In this document: positions 33,830 to 45,507 of the stretch, piece by piece | Numbering within the stretch: position 1 is the stretch's first letter | How the letters are laid out: each line of letters opens with the position of its first letter | From: Craspedostauros australis | Lineage: Eukaryota | Assembly: GCA_030167865.1 (NCBI GenBank) | Contig: JALAGF010002221.1 | Span: 1 to 61,670 of the forward strand | Reading direction: 5' to 3' | DNA: 61,670 nucleotides | Translations under genes and position numbers: made by a program | The notes under the pieces: model-generated | What the model was told of the DNA's origin: nothing | Database searches by the model: none | The model's input: the letters and a program-made list of their open reading frames with translations, nothing else

Positions 33830-35555
33830 TTACGCACCGAGCGCGAGTTGAATGACCAATCGCTTGATGATTGGGATCGACACCAGGACTGTGCAAGCGG
33901 ATGCGGTCAACGCCATCGAGATGGCGGAGAATGGGAATGCATCCTTCTCGTTGACGATCGCGGCGGTGCCCAATCCGTGCGCTGCAGCGCCCATGCCAAG
34001 GCCACGGGCAACGGCATCGTTGATCCTGAATGCGTCCATGAGACTCGCTCCGAAGTTGGCACCGATTAAACCAGTCACGACCACCATCGACACGGCGAGG
34101 GATACATCGGCTCCCAAGATACCGGCAATCGCCATCGCGAGGGGCGATGTGATGTTGCGCGATAGCAAGGAGAGGCGCAGCGAGGGACTGGCGATCGACA
34201 GCAGTCGCACTGCCGCGGCGGTGCCGAACAACCCACCGAAAGAGCTGACCCCGACGGCCGTGCCGACTTCGGCAATGTTCTCCTTCATCAGCTTCCTTCG
34301 GTCGTACATGGACACGGCCAACGAGACGACGGCAGGACCCAACAGGAACAGCAGCAGATCACCTGCACCGCTGGAAAATGGACACATCGTTCCCTTCTTG
34401 TACGATCGCAGCAGGGTGCGGAACGTCGATCCAGTGATGGCGCCAAAGGCAGTGAGAACGCCCCAGGTCAGCGTGGTGCAGGTGACGAGAGGGTGGACGA
34501 TCTTGGAGAAGGATTTGGGCATGCGGGCGCCCGTCACGAAGTTGGAGAGGGTGGAGGATAGCAGAAAGAGAGTGGTGATGGGATTGGCATAGGCATACTT
34601 CGATTTGGTGGCCAGGATGGCGCAGGCGCCTGAGACGACTTGGAACGTCAGCAATGACTTTGCCAATTCATCTGAGAAAGGCTTTGGAGCTGGTTTGGAT
34701 GGTACCGATTCCACGACAGCAGCTGCTGCCGCCACTGGATCTGCTGTCGCTGCTGTGCCCAAGAGCTTGCGAATTCCAACCACAGAACCTGCGGTCGTCA
34801 ACATGGTGAAGAGAAACCCGATGACAATGACAGCTGCGACTTTCAATCCCTGCATGTGAATGTGTGTGATTGGGTGGGAGGTGAATGCGAAGAAGACAGA
34901 GCAAAGGCCACAATGTCGTGAGTTCAACAGGTCTGCTCTGATAGTCCGAGAGAGACGTCGTTCGTTTTCAGTCCCTACTATATCATTTGATCCATTGCAT
35001 TCATTGCTCTTCAACCTATGCACGCGTGCAACAACCTACCTCAGCCGCCGATCCGAAACCATTCGCTAATGGCAACGTGATCAAGCTGGGAACAAAGAAG
35101 ACTGGCAGCCACTTGGCCAGCAATGCTGCACCCGGCGTGAGGATTTGGAACATGCCGTTTCCGAAGGGCGCCAAAAGCATCGTGGCGAACATCACGCCGC
35201 ATCCAGCCAACGATGACGGGAAGGAGATGGCGGCAGCCTTGAGGAGCTTGCGGAACATGACATCCAGCGCGATCAAGAGGGATCCGGAGATGAATGGGTT
35301 CAACAATGGACCATCTCCGGAGTTGGAAGACATGGAAAGACATGTGGAAGACGATTCCGTCACAGTCCAAGACTGACGACTGGCAGCCTCACTGTGCTTG
35401 TCATTCCAGGATGCTGGAAGATGGATGGCATCGTGGGATCGCGGAGCTGTTGGATGACCGATGGCTACCTGCACGTGCGGTTTGTGGATGTGCGGTCCGA
35501 TCGTCGAGAATGCCGCAGCATTCGTCAACAGCGTCAATGGCAAGAGGAGCTTCAT
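33830..35555 (-). CDS. PLGG1: Plastidial glycolate/glycerate transporter PLGG1 (LrgA-LrgB fusion) paralogue A, 2 exons (35555-35040, 34849-33830), ~511 aa
   Basis: ISFPSSLAG, KWLPVFFVPSLITLPL, GAGDLLLFLLGPAVVS, RNITSPLA and ARGLGMGAAAHGLGTA. Signal peptide ending AAA-F. Confidence 0.88.
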
Positions 35556-35786
35556 CTTGTTCAGCCTTTGTCGAGAGTATGAATGAAATGCAGAGATGCG
35601 TGGGGGAGGGTATCTCTTTCTTGGCGTTGGTTGTTTTGGTTGCTTGCTTTCTTTCTTTTGATGTGTCGTTCGTTTGTATTGGATTTCGATGGCGACGAAG
35701 GGGTGGATGATGTCGTTGATGGCATTCTTGCTTCTGGAGTGAGATGTCTCTCTTGAGCTCGATCTTTGGCGTCATTCATTGGCATC

Positions 35787-35796
35787 ATGACGTCAT
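35787..35796. promoter_or_regulatory. ATGACGTCAT palindrome ~230 bp upstream of PLGG1-A
   Basis: Perfect 10-bp palindrome with TGACGT cores. Function inferred only. Confidence 0.35.
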
Positions 35797-36177
35797 CGGC
35801 CATCAACTTCAGATCCGCTTTTTGCTCCACATTCGATCCCTGTCTACGAGAACGAGTACAGGCAAGATACCCAGCACGAAAGCACGAGCAAATGACACAA
35901 ATGTTCGAACAGAGTAAGGCTTAACACGCTCTATCAGACGATTGGTGACGAGCAGATCAGCGGCATTGATGTGTAGCATGCGTAAATTACTGTAATAGTA
36001 GTCGTATGGTATGTAGGTAGCCACGGCATAAAGTCATTTCGTACACTTGAGTTTGTGACGTTCAAGTATCTCGAAATTACAGCCGCTTCTTTGTGCATCC
36101 AACAATAGTGTACGTATGTGCTGGGTGATGCAGTACTTGAGCACACATTCTCGCCGAATGCAGGAAAATGATGCCGT

Positions 36178-38027
36178 TTACATGCCAGTCGCAAGCTTGG
36201 TGAGCGATTTCTTGATGGATGGGACGGAGACGAGGCTGGTGGCCATGATAGCGGTGAGGACCATGGACATGGCAGCGAATGGGAAGGCATCCGGTTCGCC
36301 GGCCATGGAAGCCACTCCAAGGCCCTGCCCGGCGGCTCCGACGGCCAGTCCTCGCGTGACGGGGTCCGAGATGCCCATGGAGGACAGGATGCTGCGTCCG
36401 TAGGTGGCACCGATAATTCCCGACAACACAACGGCCGTGGCAGCGATGGAGATGTCTCCGCCGATGATTTCGGCAATGGCCATGGACAGGGCCGTGGTGA
36501 CATTGCGGGACAGGACGGAGAGACGCACCGAGCGGCCGAGCTTGCCGCCGAGCTTGATGGCGCGAACGAAGGCAGCAGTGCCGAACAGACCTCCGGCGCT
36601 GGAGATCAGGCCGGCCGACAGGACGATGAGGAGATTCTCTTTGAGCAGCTTCTTGCGGCTGTACATGGCGAGGCCGAACGAGACGACGGATGGCCCGAGG
36701 AGGAAGAGGAGGAGGTCACCAGCGCCGGTCTTTGCGAGGTCGAGGGATCCGACCTTGTAGGTCTTGAGGACGGTGAGGAACTTGGTGTTGGTGATGAGGG
36801 CCACGGCGTGCATGACACCCCAGACCACGACGGTGGATGTGATGAGAGGATGGATGACCTTGACGAAGTCTGACGGGAGGCGTGCTCCCCAGACGAAGCT
36901 GGCGAATGTAGCGAGCATGAAGAAGGCTGTTCCAAGCGGCGTGCTGTGCTTGCCGTCCAACAAGAACTTCGATCCGAGGAAAAGCGCTCCCATGACGAGA
37001 CTGGACTTGATGAGGGTGCTGAACTCCTTCTCGGAGTATGGCTTCGAGGCGATTCCCTTGCCACCAAGCTTGACAGAACCCTTCTTGAGGTTGCCCTGGG
37101 CTGCGCGAAGGAAGAGCACGGAATATGCCACGGTCGACAGGGAGTAAAGGAACCCGAGCACCACAACGCTCAGAGCTTTCCCAATCTTTGTGCAGCGCGG
37201 ATATGAGTGATGCAATTGTGCAATGGCGCAATGATGTATTGGCGATTACGATGATGACCTCGCCGGTTTGGTCGTTGGTTGGTTGGTTCGTTCGTTCGTT
37301 CAACGGACGAATGCGATTGCATGAACGGAGAGGTACGTTGGTCAGGGGGTTTGAGAATGAGGGTGGTGCAATGTAACCACGGCAGAGAGCAATTCCAGGA
37401 GCAGCAAACCCAACGCTGAATAGAATGCTCGAGGAATATATATACAAACTGTCTCATGCAATGCATCTAATGCATGCCAACAATGTAGCAGAATGTTGCA
37501 CATACCTCAAAGCCATTCCCGATCGACGGCGCGAGCGGAAGCATGGCGAGACCCGGAACGAAGAGGGACGGAAGCCACTTGGAGAGCAAGGCGGCTCCTG
37601 GGCTGAGGCTGTCAAAGATGGTGTCGCCCAATCCCGGGCTGACGAACTGCGCCAGGAGCAGGAACGCAAAGAGGATCATGCATCCACCGAGCTGCGACGG
37701 GAAGCTGATTCCGTTCGATTTGAAGAGCTTGTTGGTGATGCGCTCGATCAGCGTCATGATGATGACGCCGCTGATGGCGTCCTTGTGCGAGACGGCGCCG
37801 CCTCGGCAGGATGCGGCGGAAGCGATCGGGTCCACTTCAGTCTCATCTACCTGCTTCTTGGCCTTGCTGGACGTTCGGTAGGCATCGTGCTTCAAGGGCT
37901 GCTTGCGGAATGCCGAAGCTCGCTGGCTGGCCGGCAGGATGGCCGATGCGCTCTTGGCTTCAGCTGTGGAGGCAAGGCCGACGGCGATGCAGGCCAGGGC
38001 CATGATGGAGAGGGCGCTGAACTTCAT
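36178..38027 (-). CDS. PLGG1: PLGG1/LrgB-like transporter paralogue B, 2 exons (38027-37506, 37185-36178), ~509 aa
   Basis: ISFPSQLGG, KWLPSLFVPGLAMLPL, GAGDLLLFLLGPSVVS, RNVTTALS and RGLAVGAAGQGLG. Intron in the same phase-0 position as in paralogue A. Confidence 0.87.
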
Positions 38028-38624
38028 CTTCAGTCGTTCACTATCTTGTGTGATAACGTTGTGCAATATAATATGTGGTGGAGTATAGTATGGTGTGGCG
38101 TCCGTTTGTGTTTGTGGTCTGCCTTGCTTTGCGTATCTTTGGCCGACTGGGTTGCTCCTCGTTGTCCACCACCAGTAGTAACGGTGGGAGAGCGTGGTTC
38201 GAGTCTTCCGCGGTGTTGGTCGAATTTCTCGGTTGCCGACAGAGAGGTGTCAAATCAAGAGTAACGGCCAATCATGTTGTCTGACGCCGGCAAAAGATAC
38301 CAGTCCGCAACAATCGTACGAACCAACACCAACTCGTCAATGCCCATCACAATGCTACGCATGCAGAAAACTAGAGCGTGTCCTAATAGTACTCTATTGG
38401 AATTCACAACGCTCCACACCTCTCCGATTACCCTCGTTCATCAAGCATTCCACCAAGCATGCCAAACACATTACATTCTTGTAGGTACTCGGAGGCAGTC
38501 ACCATCTGGATTGCACTTGTACCATCACACGATGCCATAGAGTACATTCTTCGCTGTGCCTTGCTTTGCTTGCATTGTACGGGTACTTCAGTACTATGTA
38601 CGGCTGTGGTACAGTGTCTCCGCC

Positions 38625-40064
38625 CTATGGACCGCGCTTCTTCTTATCCCCCATGTGCTTCTCCACGACGGCCTTGGACACCTCGCATTGAACGCCGACG
38701 TAATTGACCACGTTGTTTTCGGCATCCCGCAATGCCGCCACGAAGAACTGATTCCAGAACGGCGTGCCGTCGGCCTTGTAATTGAGCAGGCAGACGGACG
38801 TGTCGACGCCCTCGTTGATGCCTTTGCGGATGACGTCGACGGCGCTCTGGTCGGTGCCGGGACCCTGCAGGAAGCGGCAGTTGCGACCGAGGACCTGGTC
38901 CAGCGTGTAGCCAGTGAGCATGAGGAATCCCTGCGAGACGTAGACGATCGGGTTGTCGGGGAGGGTGGGGTCGCTGATGGCGAAGTTCTGCTGCGATCCG
39001 GACAGCGCCGACATGAGACGGAAGTCGGGTTCCATGAGGGTTTTGACAGGACCGAATCCGCTGGGCATGGGCAGCGGGGTGTACTTGTCCTTGTTGCCAC
39101 AGACGTCCTCGATGATGGCGCTGGCCTTGTGCGGGATCTCCCTCTTCAGCGCGGCCTTCAGCTTCTCCATCTGCTCCTGGAGTCCGTGGATCTGCTCCTG
39201 CAGGCTCTCGAGGAGGAACTTCTTACGTAATCTGCTTCGCTTCGCGTGCTCCCGGTTTCGCTCTCGTCGCTCCAGCTTCTGCTTGTCGGTGAGCTCCTTG
39301 CCGTCCTCCAGCTTGTCCAGGCCGAGCTCTGCATCCGCGGCCGATCGTTTCCTGTCTTCGCTGGTGGTCGTGTCGGGGGCTGGCTCGGTGCTGGTTGCCT
39401 GGGTTGGCAGTGCCACCGCGGGCGCGGCTGTGATGGCGGCAGGAGTGGCAACGATGGCTGCAGCTGTGGCGACGGTCTGAGGTGTGGCTGCTGCGATTGC
39501 GACGGCTGGCGCGGCAGTGGCTGCAGCAACCGGAGTGGCGGCCGGTGCGGCCAAAATCGCGTTATGTGTGACTGGTGGCGCCTGCGGTGCTGCGTCAGGT
39601 GCTGGTTGTGGAAAACCCGGCACATCGAAGTAGCAGTCGACGAACAAGTCATCGAGATCTAGATTGGCGGCCGATGCTTGCTGGACGGCCTGTGATCATG
39701 GAGCACGTGATGTGTAGGATAGTCGTGTGCAGTGTTGTAGTGTGTTGTAGTGTGTCGTGGTTTGGATGGATGGAGTAAGGGTGGAACGCAGATTCGTTGA
39801 AGGTTTGTGAGATGGAATGGAGCCGAAGTGCAAGGCAACGCACGAGTACGCGTATGACCCAGCATTCTCGTTTGTGACGTCCATCGTGCCATCCACCCAA
39901 ACATGTGGTGTGATGAAGCAATGAAATGAAATGCAACAAAGCATCTCCCCGTGCAAGCAAGAAAGAGAGAGAATGAAACTTACAGGATCTGACATCTGAA
40001 ACATGGGGAGCGGATCATCCGAATCTGTGACATCTAAGGTGCCTGTGTCGTTGGGAGTCGCCAT
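38625..40064 (-). CDS. AUREO1a: Aureochrome (bZIP-LOV blue-light transcription factor), AUREO1a-like, 2 exons (40064-39984, 39689-38625), ~381 aa
   Basis: bZIP RRERNREHAKRSRLRKKFLLESLQ. LOV NFAISDPTLPDNPIVY...GRNCRFLQG...NYKADGTPFWN...YVGVQ. GTAAGT donor at 39983. An alternative in-frame acceptor lies 9 nt downstream. Subtype assigned from memory. Confidence 0.93.
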
Positions 40065-40244
40065 GATGGACGAGTGCACTGGATGCGAGATTGAAGCCGG
40101 TCGTGACAAGTTCTTCTGTGCGTACTGGCAAGCAACGAATGAGGCTCGGTGTGAGCGTTGATGTGATTTGCGATTTGCGATTTGCGATGCTCGTCGCAAG
40201 GTTGTTTTCTGTTGCTCTTGATGTTGTTGTCAACCAAAGAGAGG

Positions 40245-40264
40245 GAGAGAGAGAGAGAGAGAGA
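40245..40264 (+). repeat. (GA)10 microsatellite in aureochrome 5' region
   Basis: Direct reading. Confidence 0.85.
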
Positions 40265-41269
40265 GCGATGGAGGACCTTGGCTCTTGTGATGGGCGGGCT
40301 CTGGGCTTGGGTTTGGGCTTGGATTGAAACTCACAGAACAGAATCCTATTGTATGGTGGAGGAGGGGCTGTGTGATGCTCAATTGCTCACATGTATGTCG
40401 ATGCTGGTGGCGTCCCCAATGACGTTGGTGATGGCATTGACGATGGTGTTGACAATGAAGTGTTTGCACAGTGGTCGGTGATGGTGGCATCCAACACTCT
40501 CTTTTCCTGTGTTCTCGCGTAGAGAGAAGCGTTGCAGCACAAATGGAACAGAAGTGTGTGTTGGTTGATGAATGATGAATGATGATTGGTGATTGGTGAT
40601 GGCCAACGTGCTTCCTTTGTGGTGCATTTTTGACACAACCCCGCCGTTGTCCATCTGGCGCGACGCGCAACGACGTCAGATGCCCTCATTCATCCGTGTG
40701 TCTTGTTGTTGTTGTTGTCGCGCGACGTCTCGTGACTGCTACGTCTGTGCACGATCGTGCCACGTGTGCACATGTATGCTTGTCTGTGGATTTGGGTGTG
40801 CTCATAAGCTCAAAAACGAAGCACAGCGAATCAAGTTTGCTCGTGACCCAATCGATCAGTTGGAACTTCAACAACCACAAAACCAGAACGTGAATGAAAC
40901 GAGTCCACAATCGCGATCCATCACCACACAATCAAGACACCAACCACGAAAACAACGAAAACCACGAAAACAGATGGACGAACAAGCAGAAGGCAAGGAA
41001 AGGAAGGAAAGGAAGGAAAGGAAGGGAGCATGCACAGAGCGAGAGTTGAGACGTCAATGGCACTATGCCATACAAGCGAAGAAGAGACCAGCATCGTCAA
41101 CATCACACAACTCAAGAGAGCATCTCTTGGAATACCTCGTTCCATTCATCCCTCATCGTCCGAGCACCCTGTTGGACGACGCAGTTTCTCTACGTGCAAG
41201 ACAGGACTCTGCCATCATCTCCCAAACACCTCGTCAAAGATATCCGCAGCAGCGCAGCACATCGGCACC

Positions 41270-43852
41270 ATGCTTCGCTTCGCACTGATGGCACTTTCCG
41301 CCCTGCACTTTCTGCAACATCACCAGGTGCTGGCATTCCAGCATGCACCATGCTCCCCAAGCCAATCAACAGCGAGCAGCAATGCCAGGACGTGCATTCG
41401 CAACATCGGCAATGTCGACACCAGTATGCTCTGGGGTCAGCAGCGACGAACGCAAGACAGAACTCACATTCTCTCGTTCCGATTACATTCGGCAACTCAG
41501 AATGACCAGCAAGCGCAGCAGCAGAAACAAAAACAGGAACGCCAGAATGGTCAAAAGAACAGAAGGCAGCGCAATCCAGATGACAAGACCAGCAAGAATC
41601 GAAGGGTGCAGCTTTCGTGGCAAAGAAAGATGAATAAGCAACGCAAGACCGTGCAATGGAAACTGCGTGGTGTGGTCGATTCCATTGATCGGTTGGATAC
41701 CAGCATCACGGGTTCCATCGAATTGATGAGGCCCTTGTATGATCTCATCTCGGAATCGTCGAATCCACACAAGGTGTCACAGATTGCTCGCACCATCATG
41801 GACCTCGACATTGCGAGGACGGAGTCGGTAGAAGTGCAGGAGCGCGTCGTCAAGGCCTTGACGCTGTGCGGTCTCAGGCGCGAGTCCGTCCTCCTCATCG
41901 AACAGATGCTGAAGCAAAACAACCTGCCATCCAAAGAAGCCTTCTCGGCAGTTCTGCAGCTGCTGCGCAAATCCGGCAATCACGGGGACCTGGAATCCAT
42001 GCTGCAAAAACTGGCAGCCGTCGCCAAGCAAGCGCAGAAGCAACTGCACCCGGTTGCCATGAACGTCTACGTCGCCTCGCTGTGTCAAGACTGCGACTCG
42101 CCGGACGACCCGAGGCTGGGTGCGGCTGCCAACCTGCTCAACAAGAACGTCGCCTACGAGACCTATCACATCAAGCCGGACGGCGCCACTTTCAACACGG
42201 TGTTGGGCGCGGCCGTGCGCACGAAAAACGCGACCTTGGTCAATCAGGTCGTGGAGACCATGCACGCCAATGCCGTGCAATTTGATATCTGCACCTACAA
42301 TACCATCATGAAGACGAAAGACTCGGCAAGAAAGCTCGAGCTGCTGCAAGAGATTGAGGACAGCCCGCAAGTTGCACCCGATCGATACACCATCGGCATT
42401 GTTATCGTTCCCTTGGTGCAGACGGGTCGCATCGGGGAACTCCACATCTTGCTGGAGAACTTCATCGTCCAAACGTCGCCCAGTCTCGTTTGCGATGCCT
42501 TCTCCGCGTTCCTGTTCAACCTCGTACAATGCCACGAGCTCGCCGCCGCCCAGGAATTGTTCGAAAGGTACATCGGCACGAACGGGGACAAGACAGACCA
42601 GAATCAACATCCTCATGGCATAGATGGCTCCATCTCCGTATCGGTCCGCCCGCATGCCAAGCAATTCAACATCCTCATGAAGGCATACATCGACGAGTTG
42701 GAATACCACAACTCCAAAGTGTCGGAGCTCCGCGAGGGCGACCCGGACCGAGATATGAGCATGTTGGTGATCGATCAGTACCGCAAGCAAGCGTGGGGCC
42801 TGTACCATCGCATGCTGGCCTTCGACATCAAGCCCGATGAGTACACCATCAGCACGTTGATGACCTTGTGTGACAGTTCGCATCAATTGACGGATCTGGT
42901 CCTGCACTTCAAGGATGATTTGCAGCCCTCCTCCGTGCGTGCCGCGATGGCGATGTATGGAAGGGTGGGCGATCCGGAATCCTCATGCGTCCTGTTTGAC
43001 TCGTTCTCTTCGCGTTCCTCCAATTCGAGAGCGTACAACAGCCTCCTCGTCGGATTGGCGAGCGGAGCCAAGCAAGGCAATCCAGTTCTCAACATTGCCA
43101 ACTCGCCGTTGCTTGCGGCCCTGGAGAAGCACGAAAACAAGGAGGGCGGTAGTCATTCCAACACCCGCAGATCCACGACGATGGCAGATATCGTGGACGG
43201 ACAGGAGTGCTCTGTCGCCGCCATGTCAGTGCTGGATACCATGAGCAGCCCCGACAGCACTATGCCGGGTCCCAATTCTCAAACCTACTGCACAGTGGCC
43301 TCCGCAGTCCAGTACGGACGCACGGACGCGTACGTCGCGTTGGAGCTGTTTCGCAGTGCCATGAGCAAAGGTATTGCGGCTGATGGGCGTTTCATCAATG
43401 CCATCTTCCGTTGCTTCGGCGACGACATCAAGACAGCACTGGAGTCCTGGAAGCTTGAGATTCGCTTTGCTTGTCTGGATTGCGAACGTCGCACGGCCAA
43501 CGCACCGAAATCTGTCCGCCGCAGCAAGTCGCAGAACCTGATCGCCGCCTACCAGGGTTTGCTGTATGTTTGCGGACGTGCGGAGCAGCCAAAAATCGCA
43601 CTGAGGCTTGTCTACGCCATGCAGAAGGAAGGTATCGAGCCGAACGTCATCGATTTGAGCTGCTATCGATCCGGCAAGCGCCAGACGCGGGAATTGGCCA
43701 AACAGGAAGGCAATAAGCGGCCCGTCCTGAAGGCGTTGGCGCAGCTCGGTCTTGTCGCGCAATACGAATCCTTGCTGGAAGTGGAATGCAGCAAGTACAA
43801 TCAGAACGATAAGCGCAGGGAAGGCGAGAGGCGGGTCCGCATCATCATTTGA
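41270..43852 (+). CDS. Pentatricopeptide-repeat (PPR) protein, predicted plastid-targeted
   Basis: PPR-like units (IKPDGATFNTVL, FDICTYNTIM, IKPDEYTISTLM, MQKEGIEPN). Signal peptide MLRFALMALSAL...VLA-F. Confidence 0.8.
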   Translation: MLRFALMALSALHFLQHHQVLAFQHAPCSPSQSTASSNARTCIRNIGNVDTSMLWGQQRRTQDRTHILSFRLHSATQNDQQAQQQKQKQERQNGQKNRRQRNPDDKTSKNRRVQLSWQRKMNKQRKTVQWKLRGVVDSIDRLDTSITGSIELMRPLYDLISESSNPHKVSQIARTIMDLDIARTESVEVQERVVKALTLCGLRRESVLLIEQMLKQNNLPSKEAFSAVLQLLRKSGNHGDLESMLQKLAAVAKQAQKQLHPVAMNVYVASLCQDCDSPDDPRLGAAANLLNKNVAYETYHIKPDGATFNTVLGAAVRTKNATLVNQVVETMHANAVQFDICTYNTIMKTKDSARKLELLQEIEDSPQVAPDRYTIGIVIVPLVQTGRIGELHILLENFIVQTSPSLVCDAFSAFLFNLVQCHELAAAQELFERYIGTNGDKTDQNQHPHGIDGSISVSVRPHAKQFNILMKAYIDELEYHNSKVSELREGDPDRDMSMLVIDQYRKQAWGLYHRMLAFDIKPDEYTISTLMTLCDSSHQLTDLVLHFKDDLQPSSVRAAMAMYGRVGDPESSCVLFDSFSSRSSNSRAYNSLLVGLASGAKQGNPVLNIANSPLLAALEKHENKEGGSHSNTRRSTTMADIVDGQECSVAAMSVLDTMSSPDSTMPGPNSQTYCTVASAVQYGRTDAYVALELFRSAMSKGIAADGRFINAIFRCFGDDIKTALESWKLEIRFACLDCERRTANAPKSVRRSKSQNLIAAYQGLLYVCGRAEQPKIALRLVYAMQKEGIEPNVIDLSCYRSGKRQTRELAKQEGNKRPVLKALAQLGLVAQYESLLEVECSKYNQNDKRREGERRVRIII

Positions 43853-44270
43853 GTAGCTCCTATTGTATTATGCATGTACGTAGTCGAATGCCATACACTA
43901 TCCATAGCCTCCTGCGAGTACGTTGGACGAGGAGGTTCCAGGAGTAGTCCTCTCCTGGTGCTTGCGCGATGAAAAAGTGAGAGAAGACTTCGCACGACCA
44001 AAATTCAAACGGGACCGGATGATGGCCACATGAGGAACGAGAGGTTGCGGCAGAACAACGATGACAACATCGCCGATGCCAATCATCCCACGTGGGACAC
44101 TGGGCGCAGACCACAACAAAGCACACTGATGGCATTTCGCCTTGACAATCACATCTCGACAAGCAGGAGTAGAATACGCCCGTCTCATCAGAATCTTCCA
44201 TTGGCCTGCCCGATTCATTCATACTCATACGAGTGCAACAAATCAATCCAATAATCACAACGGCGGAACC

Positions 44271-45002
44271 ATGAAGCATGAATTTCAGCTTGTTGTCGCG
44301 CTGCTATGCAGCTCGCTGCTTGTACTGTTGGAGTCGCTACCTCCAGTTGTGGCAGCTGCAAGCACAACAGCACCAACCGTGATCGCCTTCGCAGCCAAGA
44401 AGGGCAGCAAGAAGAAGAAGAAATCCACCGCAAGCACCATCAGAGGCTTCGGCGCGGCGCCGCCGACCCATGCGGAGGTGTTGGATAGTCTACGAACACG
44501 GTTCACGACCGACGATCTGTCCAAGCCTTGTCCCTGCGGTTCCGGCGAAACGTACGAAGCCTGCTGCCGTCCATTCCACTTGGGCGAACAAACCTGCCAA
44601 CGTTCCATGGACGTGCTGAAATCCAGGTACTCCGCATTTCGTTTCCGCAACATCGGATACGTCCAACGCACGACGCATCCCGAATGTCGAGATTTCACGA
44701 CGGATAAGGTCGCCTGGGCCAAGTCGCTGGACAAGGAGGGCATGTTCGACAGCTACGACTTCGTCAAGCTGAACGTGCTGTCGGACGAAGAGGCGGGCAA
44801 GGATGAGAATGAGAGCTATGTGGCGTTCGAGGTGGTGCTGAGGGCCATGCAACGATTGGCGGAGGATGGCCTGGAGGGTAAGGAGACTGTGATCTCAGAG
44901 AAGTCAAGGTTCTTGAAAGATTTGACCGATGGATCATGGAGCTACGCTGGCGGCGAGGTTCGTTCCGGCGAATCTGGGTTGGAAGATACGGTGCTCAATT
45001 GA
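44271..45002 (+). CDS. YchJ/UPF0225 SEC-C motif protein with N-terminal presequence
   Basis: CPCGSGETYEACCRPFH, LKSRYSAF, YVQRTTHP and EKSRF...WSYAGG. Confidence 0.85.
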   Translation: MKHEFQLVVALLCSSLLVLLESLPPVVAAASTTAPTVIAFAAKKGSKKKKKSTASTIRGFGAAPPTHAEVLDSLRTRFTTDDLSKPCPCGSGETYEACCRPFHLGEQTCQRSMDVLKSRYSAFRFRNIGYVQRTTHPECRDFTTDKVAWAKSLDKEGMFDSYDFVKLNVLSDEEAGKDENESYVAFEVVLRAMQRLAEDGLEGKETVISEKSRFLKDLTDGSWSYAGGEVRSGESGLEDTVLN

Positions 45003-45232
45003 GCCCGACGAGGTCAACGACAAATGAGAGATGGTTGCGATGGTAACATGCCCCCCATGGATTAATCTGATCTCCTCTATTCTGGCTTGTGGAGAACAAG
45101 AATGGAAAATAGAGAAGCCTCCAGAGTGATGTGCATTGAAGGAAAAACAATAGTCAGTGAGATGAACTACATTCATTTATCTAGCTTTGTTTTCATACAA
45201 TGCTGTGTTCGTGTTGTATATGACTGCTTCGA

Positions 45233-45242
45233 CTGACGTCAG
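45233..45242. promoter_or_regulatory. CTGACGTCAG palindrome ~265 bp upstream of GST
   Basis: Perfect 10-bp palindrome in intergenic DNA. Function inferred only. Confidence 0.3.
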
Positions 45243-45507
45243 ACAATATTCGACCAGAGCGACTCAATGATGGAGAATGAAAAACACGTGACCGCGAAGG
45301 AGAAAGGAAGATCTGCGACGAATTGCCTCCACGATCGCGACGATGACGCTGACGCGACACCTGCGTAACAAGAAGATCCTCAGCCCGCACCGCGCATCCA
45401 CGGTGCGACACAACCACCATACTCTGCCAATCCGTACGATACGATCCTTGCAATCGTAGCGCATGTTGTTGATGCGACACATAGTCCAGCGGACCACAGG
45501 CTGCGCG

